From Pocillopora damicornis (lineage: Eukaryota), in the NCBI RefSeq assembly GCF_003704095.1, contig NW_020844017.1, forward strand, positions 1 through 64,000: DNA of 64,000 bases, in the 5' to 3' direction. The position numbers were made by a program, and so were the translations under genes. Shown here in pieces: positions 61,364 to 64,000 of the stretch. Below the pieces are notes generated by a model. That model did no database searches. It was given only the letters and a program-made list of their open reading frames with translations, and was not told the origin of the DNA. Each line of letters opens with the position of its first letter. The first letter of the stretch is position 1.

Positions 61364-61808
61364 TAGAGCAGTTTTTTGGAGCGACTGAGTATCGAAAATA
61401 GTCCGCGATTGCTCTGCTTTTACTTTACTTCGCTCGGCGATTAGTTCAGAGGATTCGCGCCACTCTCTAAACTAATCAGGCACAAAACTAAAACCAATCA
61501 TGACTTGGTCGCCCGCGTTTTCCCGCGTTTTCCCGCGCTTTAGGCAGTGTGGTTGTTGGATCAATATCAGTATCTGGGCAACTGCCCACCTACCCCCCCC
61601 TAACTCAACAACAGTCAATTGACAACAAGTGAAGGTTAATGTTGGGTTAGGGGAGGGGTAGGTGGGAAGTTGCCCAGATACTGATATTGATCCTGGTTGT
61701 TTTTACTTTGAGTTCTCATAGGCCCTTAAAGGTATTTTTCTCTCTTTTGATTGGCCGTTGCAATTATTTTGGTTTTGGTTTTATGACATTCAATCAAAAA
61801 GTGCTCTA
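61364..61808. mobile_element. Host MITE-like element carrying a nested insertion
   Basis: Termini TAGAGCAGTTTTT ... AAAAAGTGCTCTA. Homologous to 56455-56703. Confidence 0.65.
61558..61693. mobile_element. Young 136-bp MITE with long near-perfect TIRs and an 8-bp TSD
   Basis: GGATCAATATCAGTATCTGGGCAACT(G/T)CCCACCTACCCC inverted at both ends. TGGTTGTT is duplicated at 61550-61557 and 61694-61701. Confidence 0.92.
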
Positions 61809-61868
61809 TTCGTTAGATTACACAGGCTGATGTTATCAGTGTTATCTTTTTCGGTGATTACTTTGCAG

Positions 61869-62000
61869 GATGAAGGAGATTCAAATGATTCGGACGACGA
61901 AGAAAATAACTGGCCCGAGCTGAGATATGGAATCTACAAAAATCCAACACCGGGTCCTTCGTGGAGAGAGGATGATGAAGTGTCCCCTAATCCCGCTTGA
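61869..62000 (+). CDS. 75-aa microprotein, exon 2 (acidic tail)
   Basis: Acceptor TTACTTTGCAG|, in-frame DEGDSNDSDDEENNWPELRYGIYKNPTPGPSWREDDEVSPNPA then TGA. Confidence 0.65.
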   Translation, partial: DEGDSNDSDDEENNWPELRYGIYKNPTPGPSWREDDEVSPNPA

Positions 62001-63162
62001 TCTGCTCAGGGCCCATTTGCGCCTACGTGAAGCACCACCTTGAGTCAGCAGCGTGGTATGTATGAAGGCTTGGGCCAACGATCTGGGCCTGTGATTAGAA
62101 AAGTTATTCAATACTACATACTGTATAGAGATGTGTGGAAAAAAACGAAATTAGTGTGAAGAATTTTAGATTTTTAAGTCAAGAATATGGTTGCCATTTG
62201 ACGTTGAAGTCCACTAGAGGCGCAGTATACCATAGATTAGAAGACGGGTTTACTTTTGAAGTAATATTTCCACAGGGAAATATTGTGAGAAGCTCATAAT
62301 TCTTAAAACATGATCTTACATGCATAGAAGAAGATTCACAAAGGAGCCCGCGTGGCTGACTTCTGAAGAGGAATAAGATAATTCCTCTTTGGACGTTGGC
62401 CACGCAGGCCCCTTTGTAAATCTTCATCTATGAATTCTTGTAAGGTCATTAGGGACTCTGCTCTTAGACTAGAAAGAGAAAAGAAAGTTTAATTCGAGCA
62501 TGAGGCCCAATGAATTTTAAATCGCTGATTCCAACGATCGCGCTTCGCACTGAAATTCACTTCACTCTCTTCGTGCCCATTTTTTTTAACTCCAGCTAGG
62601 CGGATTATTTACATAGTCACTTCTGTGCGTTTTTCAGTTTTTATTCTTGCAGAGAACCAGCTCTGATAGCTCAGATTAAATTACTACCCGTCAATTGTTA
62701 AAATCATTAAAATGTCACTCTGCCAATTTAGTATTGAAGGCTATCAACGCCCTTGCTCAAACTAAAACTTTTCCTAGAAAAGAGATCGATGGCAAAAATT
62801 ATAGGACATTTTAAATTCGATAAATTCGTTCGATGTCGCCGTTGTTTCTTCGTGTTTTAATGAGTGATTTTTGGCAGGATTGTCTCCATGTGACCCCAAG
62901 ATTAATTGGTTACTTTATATGTAGATCTTTTCTCCTGATGTGGATTTTCTACACATGAAAAGCTGATTATACATGGTCTTGACAATTTTACCTTCCAACG
63001 TGCCAAGAAACAGAGTGTCATTTAAACAGCTGAGGTAAAACACTAGCGCATTCTTTAAAAGCAAAATAAACGCCAACGGCAATCAAAGAAACGGTATAAA
63101 GCCGTTTACAATTGATGTATCATTTATATCTGGCAAAACAAATCTGTTGAAACGTTGAAAAC

Positions 63163-63355
63163 ATGGTCCGATTGGTTTCAAACATGGCGTATGAATACCT
63201 TCAGTCGAAGACACTGATTTACTTTGCAGTGTCTGTTTTATTATTCATAACATGTTCGACAAACTCAATTTCGGACTCAGCAGCGGAAATTAAGTCAAAC
63301 GAAGCAAGATCCTCGGAAAATTCTGCAACAAACACACTGTGGATGTCCCGACCGG
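63163..63355 (+). CDS. First coding exon of a secreted or membrane protein, probably continuing beyond the window
   Basis: AAACATGG start contexts at 63163 and 63184. Hydrophobic stretch LIYFAVSVLLFITC, then a polar spacer ending LWMSRP. Donor G|GTATG. Confidence 0.55.
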
Positions 63356-64000
63356 GTATGAAATATTTTATGTGCGTGAAACTGAGGTGTGAATTTGAAA
63401 CCCTCTGACAACACCTTCTACCACTGGAGATAGGTCCTGAGATTGATCGCGATGAAAACGTCGATAAATATTTTCAAAACTAAAGAGGGTGTAATTCTGG
63501 ATAGCTTTTCATTAGTTAATACTCTCTAATTACCCGCACAAGAGCACATGTAGTTTAAATCGAACCAAAGAAGCGTCAAGAAACCCTTTCAATTCAGAAA
63601 ATCACAGTTTCATTTCGAGTGAATATGATTTGGTGTTCTCAACTGAAATCTTTAAAGTGTCTAATGGCCAAAAAAAAAAGTCATGCATGCAGAGAAAAAA
63701 AAACCGGTTTTGATTTAGTTCTAACATGGGTGTAATATAAAACAAAACTGAGTCGCTGATGCTCCAGTTTCAGTTTCATTCTGGTTGTCAGTGCCGCGTT
63801 TAACTATTGATATTCTATAACTGATTGTAAATTTCCCGCACATGCGCAGTATTATTCCTGCAAAGTGTTTGGAGTCGGACCATTTGGCAACGGTTCGTCA
63901 CACTAGAGATATCATCTCGTGAGTTCAGAACTGTCATTATTTGTCCAAAATTGACTTGTGGTAGAATTTAAAATTAACAGTACTAAGAATAATAAAATGT

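Noticed and set aside
62060-62096. SECIS element that would recode the microprotein's TGA as selenocysteine
   Set aside because: ATGA-11nt-AA is present, but only 14 nt separate AA from GA and the GA quartet is out of register with the stem. There is also no redox-motif context at the TGA.

Overview
AT-rich eukaryotic genomic DNA with GT-AG introns and five N-gaps. It is most likely from a scleractinian coral, based on the cnidarian-type PaxB gene, a coral-type GPCR family and repeat families I recognise from memory; the taxon is an inference. Gene models built by hand from splice signals and frame continuity: (1) CAMLG/GET2-like gene, 3 exons, + strand, 6111-9979, 295 aa; (2) intronless class A aminergic-like GPCR, - strand, 16270-17367; (3) 2-exon, 1409-aa uncharacterised surface protein with signal peptide, beta-helix-like repeats, Cys-rich stalk and about 9-10 hydrophobic segments, - strand, 32928-37679; (4) PaxB (paired domain, octapeptide and complete S50 homeodomain), 8 coding exons including a 42-nt microexon, - strand, 41078-47813, 561 aa; (5) a frameshifted GPCR pseudogene at about 57.3-58.1 kb; (6) a 2-exon 75-aa signal-anchor microprotein, + strand, 60739-62000, mostly missed by the ORF track; (7) first exon of a secreted or membrane protein, + strand, from 63163. 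The first 5.8 kb is transposon debris: an internally deleted Helitron with an intact 3' end and two divergently oriented CR1/L2-type LINE copies. SINEs, MITEs, palindromic repeats and a 25-bp minisatellite are scattered throughout. No prokaryotic-type system (CRISPR or operon) is present. The best candidates for undescribed biology are the 1409-aa multipass protein, the microprotein, the possible RPamide precursor, and the inverted-MITE arrangement around the PaxB microexon.
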